Counted from the stretch's first letter, positions 26,383 through 45,944 are shown. The stretch: 64,000 bases of DNA from Eledone cirrhosa (GCA_964016885.1 OZ024761.1:1550001-1614000), one strand, 5' to 3'. Numbers and translations: made by a program. Notes: a model not told the origin generated them from the letters alone.

Positions 26383-26839
26383 AAAAGGTGTAAAGAATGT
26401 GCTAGCATGGGAGGTCTTAAAAGACATATGAGAACATACAGTCAGAACCAAGCAATGGAAAGTTCCAGAAGAGCCTTCAGTTGCCATATGTGTGCCAGAG
26501 GGTGCACGTCTTTGGCTAGTTTAATGGGCCACATTTTCTAGCATTTTGTTGGGCGATGGCAATACTCAAACACGAGTTTGCAGCCATCATGTATATATGT
26601 ATGTATGTATGTATATATGTATGTATATATGTATGTATATATGTATATGTGTATGTATATATGTATGTATGTGTGTATGTCAAGCATGTGGAAGAGAATG
26701 TAGATCAGCAGGAGGGCTCAAACAACATGCAAAAGTACATGAAATCCAACCACAGCCGGCTATTCCCAGTGAATGTTTTGGTTGCCAACTCTGTGCAAGA
26801 CATTTTAGTTCATTGGCTGGGTTAAAAAACCACATTTGA
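26383..26839 (+). pseudogene. Decayed tandem C2H2-like zinc-finger fragment
   Basis: ECASMGGLKRHMRTY, CHMCARGCTSLASLMGHIF*H, CQACGRECRSAGGLKQHAKVH, CQLCARHFSSLAGLKNHI; contains a stop and a microsatellite insertion. Confidence 0.6.
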
Positions 26840-26927
26840 TCGCAGCACCGTTAATTGTTAATATATATGTGTGCATATGCATGTGTGTGTGTGTGTGTAT
26901 GTGTAAATATATATATATATATATGTG

Positions 26928-27570
26928 TATGAAAGGCAGATTGTATGATGCGTGCATACGAACAGCAATGTTACATGGCAGTGAGACATGGGCGTTGTGC
27001 GCAGAGGACCTGCACAGATTGGAGAGGAATGAAGCATGCATGCTCCGTTGGATGTGTAATAGTAATAATATACACGAACGGCAAAGCATAAATGAACTAA
27101 GGGAGAAATTAGGAATAAGAGGGATCAGATGCTGTTTACTTGAGAGATGACTACGTTGGTATGGTCACGTGATGCGCATGAAAGACGACAGCTGTATAAA
27201 AAAGTGCAGGGTGATCAAAACTGATGGAAGTTACAGAGTAGGTAGACCCAGAAAAACCTGGGATGATCTGATAAATTCCGACCTTACACACTTACATCGC
27301 TCTAAGATAATGTCTCTGGACTGAGATCTTTGGCGCTACGCAGTAATACAGAAGACCCGCCTTGCCTATGTACAAAGCGAAACCTACAGTCAGTAGGCAC
27401 CTCTTAACCAAATATAAACCACGATCCACTACCCCTACCCTATCCTCCCACTCCCACCAACAGCACGAGATCGAGATCGTCTAGGTGTCACAACAAAAAA
27501 CACACACAGCCCACACACACTCACATGTATATACACACACACATACATATATGATGATGATGATGATATA
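26928..27570 (+). mobile_element. RTE-clade LINE 3' fragment
   Basis: KGRLYDACIRTAMLHGSETW...LRWYGHVMRM...GRPRKTW; (GAT)n tail. Confidence 0.9.
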
Positions 27571-27839
27571 TATATATATATATATACATATTAAGACAGG
27601 GGGGAAGAAAAAATGGCTTCACTTGTGCTTTCAACAAATTTATTTTCTTCACAAAATACAAAAAGAATTTTTTTCAGGATTAGAAAAAAAATTTTTTATT
27701 AAAAAAAATTATTTTATAAATTAAGTTGTTGGTTGTTGGTTGTTGGTTAGGTCTTAGGAGTTCTTGGTTAACATAGGATGTATTGTTTCGTTTTTAGAAA
27801 GACCTTTCACGCTGAGGTGCGCTTGTCAAACTGATGTGT

Positions 27840-27934
27840 ATGTGGTGTGTATGGGTGTAGGTGTGTTGAGTATGTGGGTGTGTGCATGTGTGTGTATATA
27901 TATGTATGGATGTGTGTATGTTTGTATGTGTATG

Positions 27935-27965
<31 letters not shown>

Positions 27966-28202
27966 ATATGAATATGTATATGTATGTATGTGTATGTTTG
28001 TATATATATATGTGTATATATATATATATATATGTATGTATATATATATGTGTGTGTATGTGTATGTATGTGCATATATGTATATATGTGTGCACATATG
28101 TGTGCATATATGTATATATGTGTGCATATATGTATATATGTGTGCACATATGTGTATGTTTCTGTATGTGTATATTTATGTATGTATGTAGATGTATGTA
28201 TA

Positions 28203-28236
<34 letters not shown>

Positions 28237-28431
28237 TATGTATATATGTGTCTTTATGTGCTCGTGTGTACGCATATATATATGTATGTATGTGTGCGTG
28301 TATGTGTGTGTATGTATATATATGTATATATATGTGTATATATGTATATGTATATATATATGTATGTATGTATATGTATGTGTATATATGTATGTGTGTA
28401 TGTATGTACTTGTATGTGTATGTGTATGTAT

Positions 28432-28463
<32 letters not shown>

Positions 28464-28542
28464 ATATATATGTATGTGTATATGTATGTATGTGTGTATG
28501 TGTCTGTATGTGTTTATGTGTACATGTATGTATATATATGTG

Positions 28543-28590
<48 letters not shown>

Positions 28591-28619
28591 TATACATACA
28601 TGTACACATAAACACATAC

Positions 28620-28655
<36 letters not shown>

Positions 28656-28692
28656 GTGTGTATGCCTCTCTCTATATATGTATATACGTATA

Positions 28693-28749
<57 letters not shown>

Positions 28750-28950
28750 CTATATATATATATATGTATGTGTGTATGTGTGTGTGTGTGAACGGAGGTA
28801 TATATACGGACATATGTATATGTGAGTGTGTGTGTGTGTACACGTGTGTGTGTGTGTGTGTGTGTATATATGTGCGTGTATGTGTATATCTGTATATTTA
28901 GTTATGTATCTTTATGTGTGTATATATATGTATGTGTATGTATGTATATG

Positions 28951-29021
<71 letters not shown>

Positions 29022-29270
29022 ATATGTGTGTATATGTATATGTATATATGTATGTATATATATATATATATATATATATGCCCATGTGGAGGTATGAGTA
29101 CATATTCGTGTGTGTACGTATGTGTATATGTGTTTTTATATGTGTCTCTATATGTTTTTGTGTATGTATGTGGATGTATTTGTACATGGGTGTGTGATTG
29201 ATGGTGTGTGCCTATATATTCCTACATATGCCCGTGTGTGTATGTACGTATATGCACACATATGTGTGTG
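27840..29270. repeat. Compound (TA)/(TG)/(TATG) microsatellite
   Basis: Directly visible. Confidence 0.97.
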
Positions 29271-29551
29271 TTGAACAAAGGACTAATTTTGGGATGGACG
29301 TAGAAAAATTCTTCAGAAAAAAATAAAAAAATAATTATTCACAAACTTGACAGGTGCGATTTGCCTGTGACCATTCTCAACACAAAAGGAATACTAAAAG
29401 CTTTTTCCCCTGAATAAAGGAATTTTTCGAGAATGACCGGGGCAGGCCGCACTTGATACATTTCTCCCCACCCAACCCTACTCACCGTCTCAACTCATTA
29501 CTGCTATGAACACTTTTTCAACACACCTACACCCATACACTTATTAAATTC

Positions 29552-30195
29552 TTGGTGAGACAGTTGCAAGAGAGGTTCTTAGAGAAAAATAAGCCACTAT
29601 ACTTAGCCTTTGTTGACCTAGAGAAGGCCTTTGATAGAGTACCCCGATCTGTCATCTGGTGGTCCCTAAGGAAACTAGGTGTTGAGGAATGGCTTGTGAG
29701 GACAGTGCAAACTTTGTACAGAGGTACTCTCAGTAAAGTCAGGGTAGGAATGGAGTTTAGTGAGGAATTCCAGATACAAGTAGGAGTACATCAAGGTTCG
29801 GTCCTTAGCCCGCTGTTGTCCTCCAAACCATAACAGAGGAGTTTAAGACTGGCTGTCCATGGGAACTTCTCTATGCTGACGATCTGGTTCTTATAGCAGA
29901 ATCAGTAGAGGAGCTAGAGAATAAATTCTGGCTATGGAAACAGCAGTTGGAAGCAAGAGGACTGAGAGTGAATCTAGCTAAGACAAAAGTGTTGATGAGG
30001 ACAAAACTCTGATTCCGTCAGGGAAATGGCCATGTTCGATATGCAGAAAAGGAACTGGCATAAATTCTATAAAATGCACACAAAGCAGATCCTGGGTACA
30101 CAAGAGATGTAGCGGGATAGCAGGCAAACTAACAGGTAGGGAGAAATATGTATGTTTGCATGGAAGATGGACGCTAAACAATGATGATGATGATA
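29552..30195 (+). mobile_element. RTE LINE RT fragment with 3' tail
   Basis: LAFVDLEKAFDRVP, GVHQGSVLSP, LLYADD; tail gaagatggacgctaaacaatgatgatg. Confidence 0.9.
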
Positions 30196-30719
30196 TAAGT
30201 ATATATAAATTCATAGAACAAATATTTATTATTGGCACAGATTATATATATATATACACGCATCATCAGGTCGAGCTTTCTCGGCTTTCTACGACACGTT
30301 TCCTCCATCCATATCTGTCTCTCATAGCGTTTGCCAGTTCTTCTGCAGTGCATCCAGTATCGTCCTCAAGTTGCTTGACGTATGTCTTCTTGGGACAACC
30401 AGCGTTTCTTGCTCCATATATATAGGGAAATGTTCAAGACCCCGACGGCAGAGCTCGTGCTGTTTCGATGGCTATTTCAGTCCAGACCACAGTGTTGCAA
30501 CAGCCGCACGGACAGTTTCTCTGCATCCCCATCGCTTTGGAGACCTTACTTTTGGCATTACCCTCGTATATATAACAGATAAGTTTTTTTTTAAAAGCTG
30601 GAATAATGTGGTAGAAAATATGAAGGACAAATGATGGCAAATGAAACAAGACAAAGTAATGTTTTACCCAGTGTATTATGGCATGATATTGCAGGGCTAA
30701 TACCCCCTTATTATTAAGC

Positions 30720-31138
30720 AGGGGCGGTGGATTGGCAGTATCGGTAGAGGGTCGGACGCCATACTTTGACGCATAGAGTTACGGCCCTTGCCCTTCTGAG
30801 TTCGAATCCCGCCGAGGTTAACTTTGCCTTTCATCCTTACAGGGTCGATAAAATAAAGTACCAGTAATGCACTGGGTAATTACTGGCCTTGTGCCAAAAA
30901 GTAGAAACAAGTTTTAAGTAGGTGGATTGGTAGTATCGGTAGAGGGTCGGACACCATGCTTTGCAGCATAGAGTTATGACCCTTTGTGTACTGAATTCAA
31001 ATCCCGCTGATGTTAACTTTGCCTTTCATCCTTATAGGGTCAATTAAATAGAGTACCGGTAATGCATCGGGGTGGATATAATTGATTTACCCCTCTCCTA
31101 AAATTGTTGGCCTTGTACCTATAGTAGAAATCATTAAG
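30720..31138 (+). mobile_element. Two tandem SINE family A copies
   Basis: B-box gagttcgaatccc followed by the family core. Confidence 0.88.
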
Positions 31139-31145
31139 TACTTAC

Positions 31146-31217
31146 ATTTTTCTCAATATCTCTATTTGTTTCATCAGCTGCTTTGTTTGTTTCATCGACT
31201 TCTTTGTTTTTTTCCTT
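31146..31217 (-). CDS. Probable SLC34 N-terminal exon, KEKNKEVDETNKAADETNRDIEKN
   Basis: gtattttcag|AAG...AAT|gtaagt, 72 nt, phase 0-0, open, charged composition. Confidence 0.65.
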
Positions 31218-31584
31218 CTGAAAATACTAACAACAACAACAACGGTCAATACTCATCTTTTTCCATCCAACCAATCAGATAGAATTGCTTGTATGGAAGC
31301 AGATTTCACTTAAATCTGCTTCCATACAAGAAACTCTATCGATTTTTAAGTCTCTAATAGGGTTACTTCCTTGATGAGTTTTTAAACCCAAAAATATTTG
31401 GGATCGTTAAATTTGCTAAGGTAAGATGCTCTTGTTATCTTGGCAATTTAACATTCTTCGTATCATATTGTGTTGGTCTTCAAAATTTAAATTTGTGTTT
31501 CATATATATATATATTTACTTTCTAACTGACCCTCTTCATCACATATTGTCCGACCTAATTATCATACATTTGATTCTGTGTAT

Positions 31585-31763
31585 TCTTCTTTCTTTCTAT
31601 TTTCTTTCTTTCTTTCTTTTTCTTTCTTTCTTTCTTTTTCTTTCTTTCTTTCTTTCTTTCTTTCTTTATTTTTTCTTTCTTTTTTTCTTTCTTTTTTCTT
31701 TCTATCTTTCTTTCTTTTTTCTTTCTTTTTTCTTTCCTTTTTCTTTCTTTTTTCTTTCTTTTT

Positions 31764-31830
<67 letters not shown>

Positions 31831-31835
31831 CTCTT
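31585..31835. repeat. (CTTT)n/(CT)n polypyrimidine tract
   Basis: Directly visible. Confidence 0.95.
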
Positions 31836-32527
31836 CCCTTTAACAGTAGATGTTACCTCTATTAGACACTGCTCAATTGTGATCATATATAAGGTCAATG
31901 GTTTTTCATTACATTGTATGAATGGGTTTCATATTTTTATGCAATTCGTGACATAGAGATAAAGAGACTGAGAGAGTATGAATAGGAGAGGACACATGGA
32001 GGCATGAGTGGGATGGAGGTGTGTTTTTGAATGGTGTATGTATGTAAGACGGGTGGCCTTTAGTGGAGCTGTGGATAGTAATAGAAGAGAGGATATGAGA
32101 AAGGGGAGAAAGAAAAGATAAAGAGAGGGAAAGAGAGAGAGAAAAGATAAAGAGTGAGTGTGTGTGTGAGAGAGAGAGAAAGGGGAGGAAGAAAGGAAAA
32201 GGAGAGAAAGAAAGAAGAATGTGTGATAAAGGAAAGAAGAGAGGAGAAGGAGGGGAGGAATTCAAAATAAAGGTGTGATGGAGTGCAGATGAGCTGAAGA
32301 TATATATATATATATCATCAAAGTCTGGAAGAATGTTGTAAATGGTCTAACTTAGGTCAACGACTATTTATTTCATTCACACTCACCCACAATTACGGAA
32401 ATAATCGATAAAACTAAATACATGACGCTTTACCCCTCTCTCTACTCCCCTTAAACTTTAAGAGAGAGAGAGGGAACGTTTGTTTTTTAGTGTCAAACAT
32501 TTACTTCAATGACAAAGAGAACTTTAT

Positions 32528-33000
32528 TCAAAAGCAACAGATAAATTTATTCAACAACAAAAAAAAATAGCTATAAATCTTTTTTAAAACATCTATCAAC
32601 GAACGTGGAAGAAAGAAGTATCAGTTCATTTACTATACACAATAATATCCTCTATGAGGTCACTAAACCTGCTAGAAACAGCAGCTAACTCTCCCCCATA
32701 TTCAAAAGCAACATATAAATTTATTCAACAACAAAAAAAATAGCGATAAATCTTTTTTAAAACATCTATCAACGAACGCGGAAGAAAGAAGTATCAGTTC
32801 ATTTATTATACACAATAATATCCTCTATGTGGTCACTAAACCTGCTAGAAACACCAGCTAACTCTCCCCCATATCACACCACTCCCTACTGTCTAAAATT
32901 TAGAAAGCATATCCTCTATGAGGTCACTAAACCTGCTAGAAACAGCAGCTAACTCTCCCCCATAGCACACCCCTCCCTACTGTCTAAAATTTAGAAAACA
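32528..33000. repeat. Local tandem duplications (~175 bp x2 and ~100 bp x2)
   Basis: tatcctctatgaggtcactaaacctgctagaaacagcagctaactctccccc occurs three times. Confidence 0.85.
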
Positions 33001-33004
33001 CACA

Positions 33005-33298
33005 TTAGACAACCATGCAGAACAACACCATCGCAGCTCTGTTGTTCGGCTGGCATCGTCTACTCGCGTGTTGCGCAAGTACTGTGAAACAATAAATTTC
33101 AACACTTCTTTGCACAGAGATAATATCCATAGGCGAAACTATAATTGTCACTGCTGGCGCAGCTCCTGCTTCGGCAGTCCAGGTCTGCAATTAATTCACC
33201 CAGTACCTGGCAGACAAAAAAGTGCTGCCATAAAATGGGTGGTGCAACCTAACTTTGGTAACTTACTGACCCCGAGCAACGCCGGGCTTTAATGCTAG
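33005..33298 (+). mobile_element. Helitron-like non-autonomous element, 3' end
   Basis: Subterminal hairpin cccgagcaacgccggg followed by CTAG|T; 5' boundary uncertain. Confidence 0.6.
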
Positions 33299-34210
<912 letters not shown>

Positions 34211-34299
34211 TATACATATACATATATATATTTAAAATCCCATTATTCGCTTATTACTGTTATATGCTTGTTCAATTATGCCCAAAATTCGAGGATTCT

Positions 34300-36856
34300 A
34301 TTTAAACCTTCTCGCTAACTACCCCATACCCCTCCCACTCGCCACCATTATTATTTGGACCAATCATAAGTCAGTGGCCTATGCTATCACTTCTTCTGGT
34401 TGCCTTTCGATATGATGGATGGACTAAGGAATTCTGGAGAGACTGAAAAATCTGGACACTCAGTGACAATGCCAAAGATAAAGACAAATTCATCTCATGC
34501 TGCCGGACGAAAAGGCAAGGAATTCCTCCTCTTTATTTCGGCCTCGGATGGCCAAAATAACCCCAACCCTATCCCCCTCACCCCTCCCCGCGTCCCACCG
34601 TTCCCACCCACCAAACGCAACCCAAAACTTCAGAGTTGGTACCATGAATGTAGGCACCTTAAAAGGTCGCTCTAACGAGGTTGTAGAAATGCTTGAGCGT
34701 AAGGAGGTTGATGTTTGCTGTATCCAAGAGTCCAATTGGAGGGGTGGGTCTGCTAGATTCATTGTGAGAAAAAAACGCTGCTATAAGCTTTTCTGGTTGG
34801 GAAATGACAATGGGCTGGGTGGAGTAGGAATCATGTTAGCAGAAAAATGGGTAGATAAGATAATAGACGTAAATAGAGTGAACGACAGAATAATTAAAAT
34901 AAGACATGTCCTAAATAGAACTACTGTGACAGTAATATCTGCGTACGCACCCCAATCCGGACTGCCTGGCATTATAAAAGACAGATTATATGAGACATTG
35001 ATGCTCACTACCTCCCAAATAACTGACAGTGACTACATAATTATTGCTGGCGACCTAAATGGTCACGTTGGACAACATTGTGATGGCTACGACGGAATCC
35101 ATGGAGGCTATGGGTTTGGTACTAAAAATGAGGAAGGCTCCAGAATCCTGGAATTCTGTGACGCAAATAACCTAACTATCTGTAACACTAACTTCAAAAA
35201 GCGAGACAATCACTTGATCACCTATAGATCAGGGGAACACGCCAGTCAGATAGATTATATCCTTACCAGAAGACGTGATAGAGTGTCTGTTGTAAACACT
35301 AAATCCCTCCCCCATGAAGAATGCACCTCCCAACATAGACTCTTAGTCAGCGACCTCATAGTCTGGACAAGACGTACTCGACAACAGAGGAGGACTATCC
35401 TCAGGAGAAAAATATGGAAGCTGAAGGACCCCACAGCCAGTAATAAATTTAAAAGCATATTACTTGATGCTTTTGACAGTAAGGAAGAGCAATTAGAGTC
35501 GTACAATATAGAGGAACAGTGGGAATTCCTGAAAGCTAACCTGCTGAAGGCGACAGATGAAGTCTGTGGCTGGAGCAGACCTATAGGCAGGAGGAGAGTA
35601 ACGTGGTGGTGGAACAGTAAGGTGGAGGGGTCAATTAAGGCCAAAAAGCAGGCTTGGAAAGTATGGCGGGATGGGGGAAGTAGAGAAGACTATTAAGTGG
35701 CCAGGAGGGAAGTTAGGAGACAAGTGTACTTCGCAAGAAGGGAATCAAAGGAAAGAAAGTTCAAGCATGTTCTACAACGCGAGGACCCAAAACGTGAGGT
35801 GTTCAGGATTGCTAGGCAATGTGTCAAGGAAAACCGTGATATTGTCGGGGAGAAGTGTGTCCTTAATGATGATGGTGTACTTGCCATCACTGACGCTGAT
35901 AAGAGGTAGCTTGGAAGTGGCACTACGAAAGGCTACTAAATGAGGAGAATAAATGGGAGAAAGACAGTCTCCCCCACATCGATCCAATAGAGGGACCAGC
36001 AGTGTAAGTAAGGCAATCAGACATATGAATACGGGTAAGGCGGCTGGGCCTTCGGAAATAGTTGCTGAAATGCTGAAAGCATCTGGAACGGTGGGACATA
36101 CTATGGTCACCCGGATAGTAAACCAAGTCATACAGAATGGAGTCGTTCCGAAGGACTGGCGTAGCAGCATCATCATTAACTGCTAAAAGGGTAAAGAAGA
36201 TGCCCTAGATAGGGGTAACTATAGAGGCATTAAATTAATCGACCAGGTCATGAAGGTCACAGAAAAAGTAATAGCGCAACTAATCAGAGAGCGATTTGAT
36301 CTAGATGAATTGCAGTTCGGGTTTGTGTCAGGTAAAAGTACCACAGACGCTCTTTTCATTATACGACAACTACAGGAGAAGTACCTAGCTAAAAGTAATC
36401 CCCTATACTTAGCTTTTGTTGACTTGGAGAAAGCCTTTGACAGAGTCCCCCGCTCCATTATCAGGTGGGCTCTTAGAAAACTAGGTGTTGATGAATGGCT
36501 TGTGAGAGCTATACAAGCCATATATAAAGAAACAGTCAGCAAGGTTAGAATTAACAACGAATATAGTGAAGAGTTTAGCGTAAAAGTTGGTGTTCATCAG
36601 GGCTCAGTTCTTAGCCCCCTACTATTTATTATTGCCCTTCAGCCTATAACAGAGGATTTCAAGACCGGCTGCCCATGGGAACTCCTATACACAGATGATC
36701 TAACGCTCATAGCTGAATCAATGGCTGAACTAGAGAAGAAATTCCAAACATGACAGTCCTATACGAGCATGACAACCAATCTTACCTCATGTGGGAAAAT
36801 TCCCGTCCAACCATACAAGCGTGGAAGATGGACGTTAAACGATGATGATGATGATA
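34300..36856 (+). mobile_element. RTE LINE (APE + RT), disrupted, C-terminal region deleted
   Basis: VGTMNVGTL, CCIQE, SAYAPQ, GDLNGH, SQIDY and SQHR APE motifs; FVDLEKAFDRVP, HQGSVLSP and YTDD RT motifs; several stops and frameshifts; (GAT)n tail. Confidence 0.95.
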
Positions 36857-37019
36857 TATACATATACATATATATAGTAATAATAATAGATTTGAAGACT
36901 AAAATCCAAAGAGGGCTCGATAAGGATAAATATATATCAAATATATAAGAACCGTAGAGCAAAAATTTATTATTATTATATTTATTATAATTATATTATT
37001 ATATTTATTATAATTATTA

Positions 37020-40000
37020 TTTGGCTCCCTCGGTTGAGCACTCTATTGACTTATATTCATCATGTAGAAACAACATCTGAATATTTCTACAAAGAACATA
37101 CCCCTACCAAGCAGGAAAACATACCTAAAACTCCTGATACAGAAAACAGACTCGTTCATTAAAAGATTGCGTTGGCGTGCCTTTTATTTCGATAATCCGC
37201 GAAAAGCTGACCACAAACAGGATAAATTTGGGTTTAAAACCTACAATAACCCTCCGTGTAACCCAGCATTGCTACCCTTTGAAAATGATGTCTTGGAACT
37301 CATACGGAGTATCAAATTTCGGAATAGGAGCAATTCCTTCCCGCAGGACCTAAAGAATAGAATTCGTTCTATTAAGGATTATAATGCCGTGCACGTCCAT
37401 TCCGACAAAACTGGCAACCTATATCAAGTGGAGCGCAGTACTTACCATAACAGTACTTACTACATAATGCTGTAACTAAGGATTACCGTAAAACTAATCG
37501 GTGCGTCATCAATGAAATCAACGATGCTGGGTTTAAAATCACCTCTGATCTCAACATCCTGGACCGGACCGAACCTCTGGACCCTATTTCTCCCCACTTT
37601 ACCCTGAAGGATCACAAATCCAATTTTCCGAACAACCCCTCTATTCGGCTTATTAACACTACGAAGTTCGATTTAGGTAGACTTAGTAAAAGGATTCTTG
37701 ATAGAATTATACCTGAAATTAGAAGTTTGGCCCCTCTTGCACTGTGGAAACAATTCTTTCGTGGTGATTGATTGGTTCAACGGCATATGCAACAAGGAAC
37801 ATTGCCGTTTTATCCAATTCGACATCAATAATTACTACTCCTCCATCACTTTACAACTTCTCCTTAGAGCTATCAATTTCGCTAAAACACTCACAGTGGT
37901 TGTTAAGGATTTAGAAGTTGATGTCATCCTCAATGCCCGTAAATCGGTGATTAATTTCGACGACTCTATTTAGATTAAAAAATCGAATAGTACCCCATTC
38001 GACGTGAGTATGGGCGCCAGCGATTCTGCGGAGGTTACTGATCTTATCGGCCTTTTCCTTCTTTTCTCTATCAAGGACGAATTCCCCAACGCAGGCGGTG
38101 GTTTGTACCGTGATGATGGTCTTTTGACAATGACTAAGTGCGGCCCCCGTGCTTGCGACAGGTTCAGAAAAGAACTCACAGCCTAGCCTTCTTTAAAGGC
38201 TTCAATCTCTCTATACAGGTTGAGGCCAACATCTCGGTCGTTAATTACTTCGACGTTACCCTCAATTTATCGAATGGCTTGTATTACCCGTATAGAAAGC
38301 CGAATGATACCCTTAATTACATAAGTAAGCATTCCAACCATCCTGCCAGCATAACCAAGAACCTGGTAAGAAACGCTTCGTTGAGACTTTCCCGTCTATC
38401 TACTAACGAGCATATTTTCAACGACCATTCCACTTATTACAATAAAGCTCTTGCTCGGAGTGGATTTGTCGATAAGGTAGCATATACAGAGTACGAGAAT
38501 AGACCTAGAAGAAATAGATCAGTCGCAGTATATGGCATAACCCACCATATAATATGGAGGTGGCCACACCATTAGCTAAGATCTTTCTTTCCCTTATTAC
38601 GAAGCATTTTCCCCCTACACATAAATATAGTAAAATTTTTAATAGAAATACTATTAAAATTTCTTACTCTACGACTCCTAACCTTGCACATAACATCACA
38701 GCTTCAAATTTAGCTAAACTACCTAGCCGTAGGAACACGTGCAACCCTGTAGTTAGTACTAACTGTAATTGTAGGAATCGGGCTGATTGCCCCCTATCCG
38801 GGAAATGCCTCTCTAGTAACATTGTCTACAAATGTAAGGTTGTAACACCCACGTCCCATAGGGCCTACATAGGGTTAACCGCCAATAGTTTCAAGCAGCG
38901 TCTTTACATGCATACCCATTCTTTTCGCTACCCTCTAAGAAGGAATATGACGTTACTTTCAGCTTATATCTGGAGTCTAAAAGATAACCACACCCAATAT
39001 AAGTTACACTAGGAGATCCTAGCTAGGGCTAGATCGTATAACGGAAATAAAAGACCATGTGACCTCTGCGCCGCTGAGGCCCTGGTAATACTCTACGCCA
39101 CAGACCACATCTTAAACAAAAAATCTGAGGCAATTTCGGCTTGTAAACATAAATTGCACAAAACTTTCCTGTATTACAGCCCTACGTTATACGCTAACGG
39201 ATAGCACGACCTATACGTGGATATTTTACGTCTTGATGTGGGAGCTAAGTATATGTTTTGTTTATTCCTTTACTTATTTGCATAGGTAAGTATATATTAC
39301 CCGTATGTTTTGTGAAGGTATGTATACTTTCTCGTACGTATATTTGACTGTTATGGCGTATAATTTTTACATAGTCTGGTATTTAGGGTTAGGCTATGTG
39401 TATACGGGAGTTTCGCGTCTGCGTGAGTATGCAGGTTCGTACGTATGGTAGGTGTGTGTATATGTGTACTTCTTGTTTTAGTTGACTTACGTCTCCGATC
39501 ATTCGTGTATTTATATGTAGGTATGCGTGTGCGCTTGTTATATACGTATTTATTTACTTATATACATTGATATAATTATTTATTTATTTGTACACAAGCA
39601 TACACACACACACACATATTTATATGTGCGTGGTTTTGTATACCTATGGTAAGGTTTTGCGTATGCTTGTGTATGTACGTATCTGTTTGCATGTATGTAT
39701 TTATTTGTTTCTATTACTTCTGTATTGTATTTATTTACTCTGTTCTTAACTCTGTAGCGGAGATTAATTTTAGTCTACGACTTCTGCTATACCATTTACG
39801 TGGTTTTGTCTTTGCGTGCTATTGTTCTCAACGCTCCACATACGACTTATTATCTTCGTTTTTTCGTTCATTGCCAGAGAACGTCTCTATGCACCACCTA
39901 AGAGAACATTAGTCTACGACCTCTTTTATACCATAAACGTGGTTCTGTCTTTGCGCGTAATTGTTTTTCACCGCTCCTATTAATGACGTATTATTCGTTT

Positions 40001-40170
40001 TTTCCCGTTCTTTGCCAGCGAACGTTACCACGAACCAAAGTATCGTCTTCCTGTCTTCCTCCGGTTGCAACGTTTTTTGAAATATCCAGTTCTGCGTTTA
40101 CAGATTGACTTTGTTAGTTTCAGAAGATCCCGTTAAGGGTGAAAGCAGCGATTCTTTGCTTAAACTTTAA
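37020..40170 (+). mobile_element. Near full-length degenerate Penelope-like element
   Basis: STKNIPLPSR N-terminus, QFDINNYYSSI, MGA, LYRDDGL, IVYKC..YIGLT..FKQR GIY-YIG. ORF remnants span ~37060-39205; 3' boundary uncertain. Confidence 0.9.
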
Positions 40171-40191
40171 TCTGTTATTTTAATAAATATA

Positions 40192-40223
<32 letters not shown>

Positions 40224-40398
40224 ATGTAGATAAATCTACCAAGAGTTTACGGTAGTGTCCAATCCGTATGAAGAACTCAATGTAGTCCGGATATCATGGA
40301 AAGAAGAGATGCAATGAAAAATCACTTTCGGTGAAAGATAAACGGAATACAGAGTCAAGATAAAATATTAAAAAAATAATGAATAAAACAATGAAACA

Positions 40399-44776
<4,378 letters not shown>

Positions 44777-44941
44777 GTTGTTATATAGTAAGGTGCAATA
44801 TTGGTTGTGTAAAAAGGTCCAATAATTTTGTTAGCAATATTAGGTTCTCCACGCTTTTGTTATACACAAATATATATATATACACAAATATAAAATAAAG
44901 TTAAATAAAAGTCAAATGATTAAAATTTAGCTTCGTTTATT

Positions 44942-44996
44942 ACTGCTATATATATTTCAGTGACAGCCATCTTTGGCTGTGACCTCTTCAGGCAGT
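44942..44996 (-). ncRNA. Minimal type I hammerhead ribozyme motif
   Basis: ACUGC-CUGAAGA-GGUCACAGCCAAAGAUGGCUGUCACU-GAAA-UAUAUA-UA-GCAGU. Perfect 5-bp stem I, long stem II, very short stem III with palindromic loop. Confidence 0.8.
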
Positions 44997-45240
44997 TTGA
45001 ATTAGTATGGTATAGACAAGTACATATGTTGTTTAGGTGTATGATATTGTCAATACTCTGATATGCCCAGTTCCTTGTTGGGTTGTTAATTCACTGGGGA
45101 ACTGGAGTCTATACACAAATATATATATATACACATATATATATATACACACATATATATATATATACACACATATATATATACACACACATATATATAT
45201 ACACACACATATATATATATACACATATATATATATACAT

Positions 45241-45573
45241 ATACAGATATATTACACAAAGAGAAGTGTGTTACACAGTGAGATGTGTGTAAAGAATTAT
45301 TACAAGTGAGTTTTACCGTTACTGTATAGAGAACAATATCTACAGGTTTAGCAATTAAATAGAAAAATACTAAGTCAGAATCAAATCTCTGAAGTAGAGT
45401 TTTAAATTACCAACCTTATAACTCTACTTCAGAGATTTGATTCTGACTTAGTATTTTTCTATTTAATTGCTAAACCTGGAGATATTGTTCTCTATACAGT
45501 AACGGTAAAACTCACTTGTAATAATTCTTTACACACATCTCACTGTGTAACACACTTCTCTTTGTGTAATATA

Positions 45574-45580
<7 letters not shown>
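45241..45580. repeat. Near-perfect inverted repeat, ~160-bp arms
   Basis: 45241-45404 is the reverse complement of ~45418-45580 with few mismatches. Confidence 0.92.
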
Positions 45581-45668
<88 letters not shown>

Positions 45669-45895
45669 TTATATATATACATATAGATATATATACATAT
45701 AGATATATATACATATAGATATATATAGATATATATACATATATATATAAATAACGATACATTAACAGAGCCATAGACTCTCGCCGTTCCCTCTAGTGTG
45801 TTACCTTTTCAACATATTATATATATATACATATATATATATATAGAGAGAGAGAGAGAATTCACAAGAATCAAAGCTATGTTCAAAGCATTTAT

Positions 45896-45944
45896 TCACT
45901 TACAATTGTTTCATCCAAACCTAGGGTTGGAGTCTTCGGAGCAT
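45896..45944 (-). ncRNA. Minimal hammerhead-like motif (U4C variant), paralog of 4346-4394
   Basis: UGCU-CCGAAGA-CUCCAACCCUAGGUUUGGAU-GAAA-CAAUUG-UA-AGU; palindromic ACAAUUGU. Confidence 0.6.

Noticed and set aside
27764-29201. Long YI/CV/HT-rich ORFs (also at 40-45 kb and 1-390)
   Set aside because: Microsatellite translations.
31250-31266. ATG GAA AAA GAT as the SLC34 start exon
   Set aside because: Followed by an in-frame TGA, and the implied intron of about 35 nt is too short.
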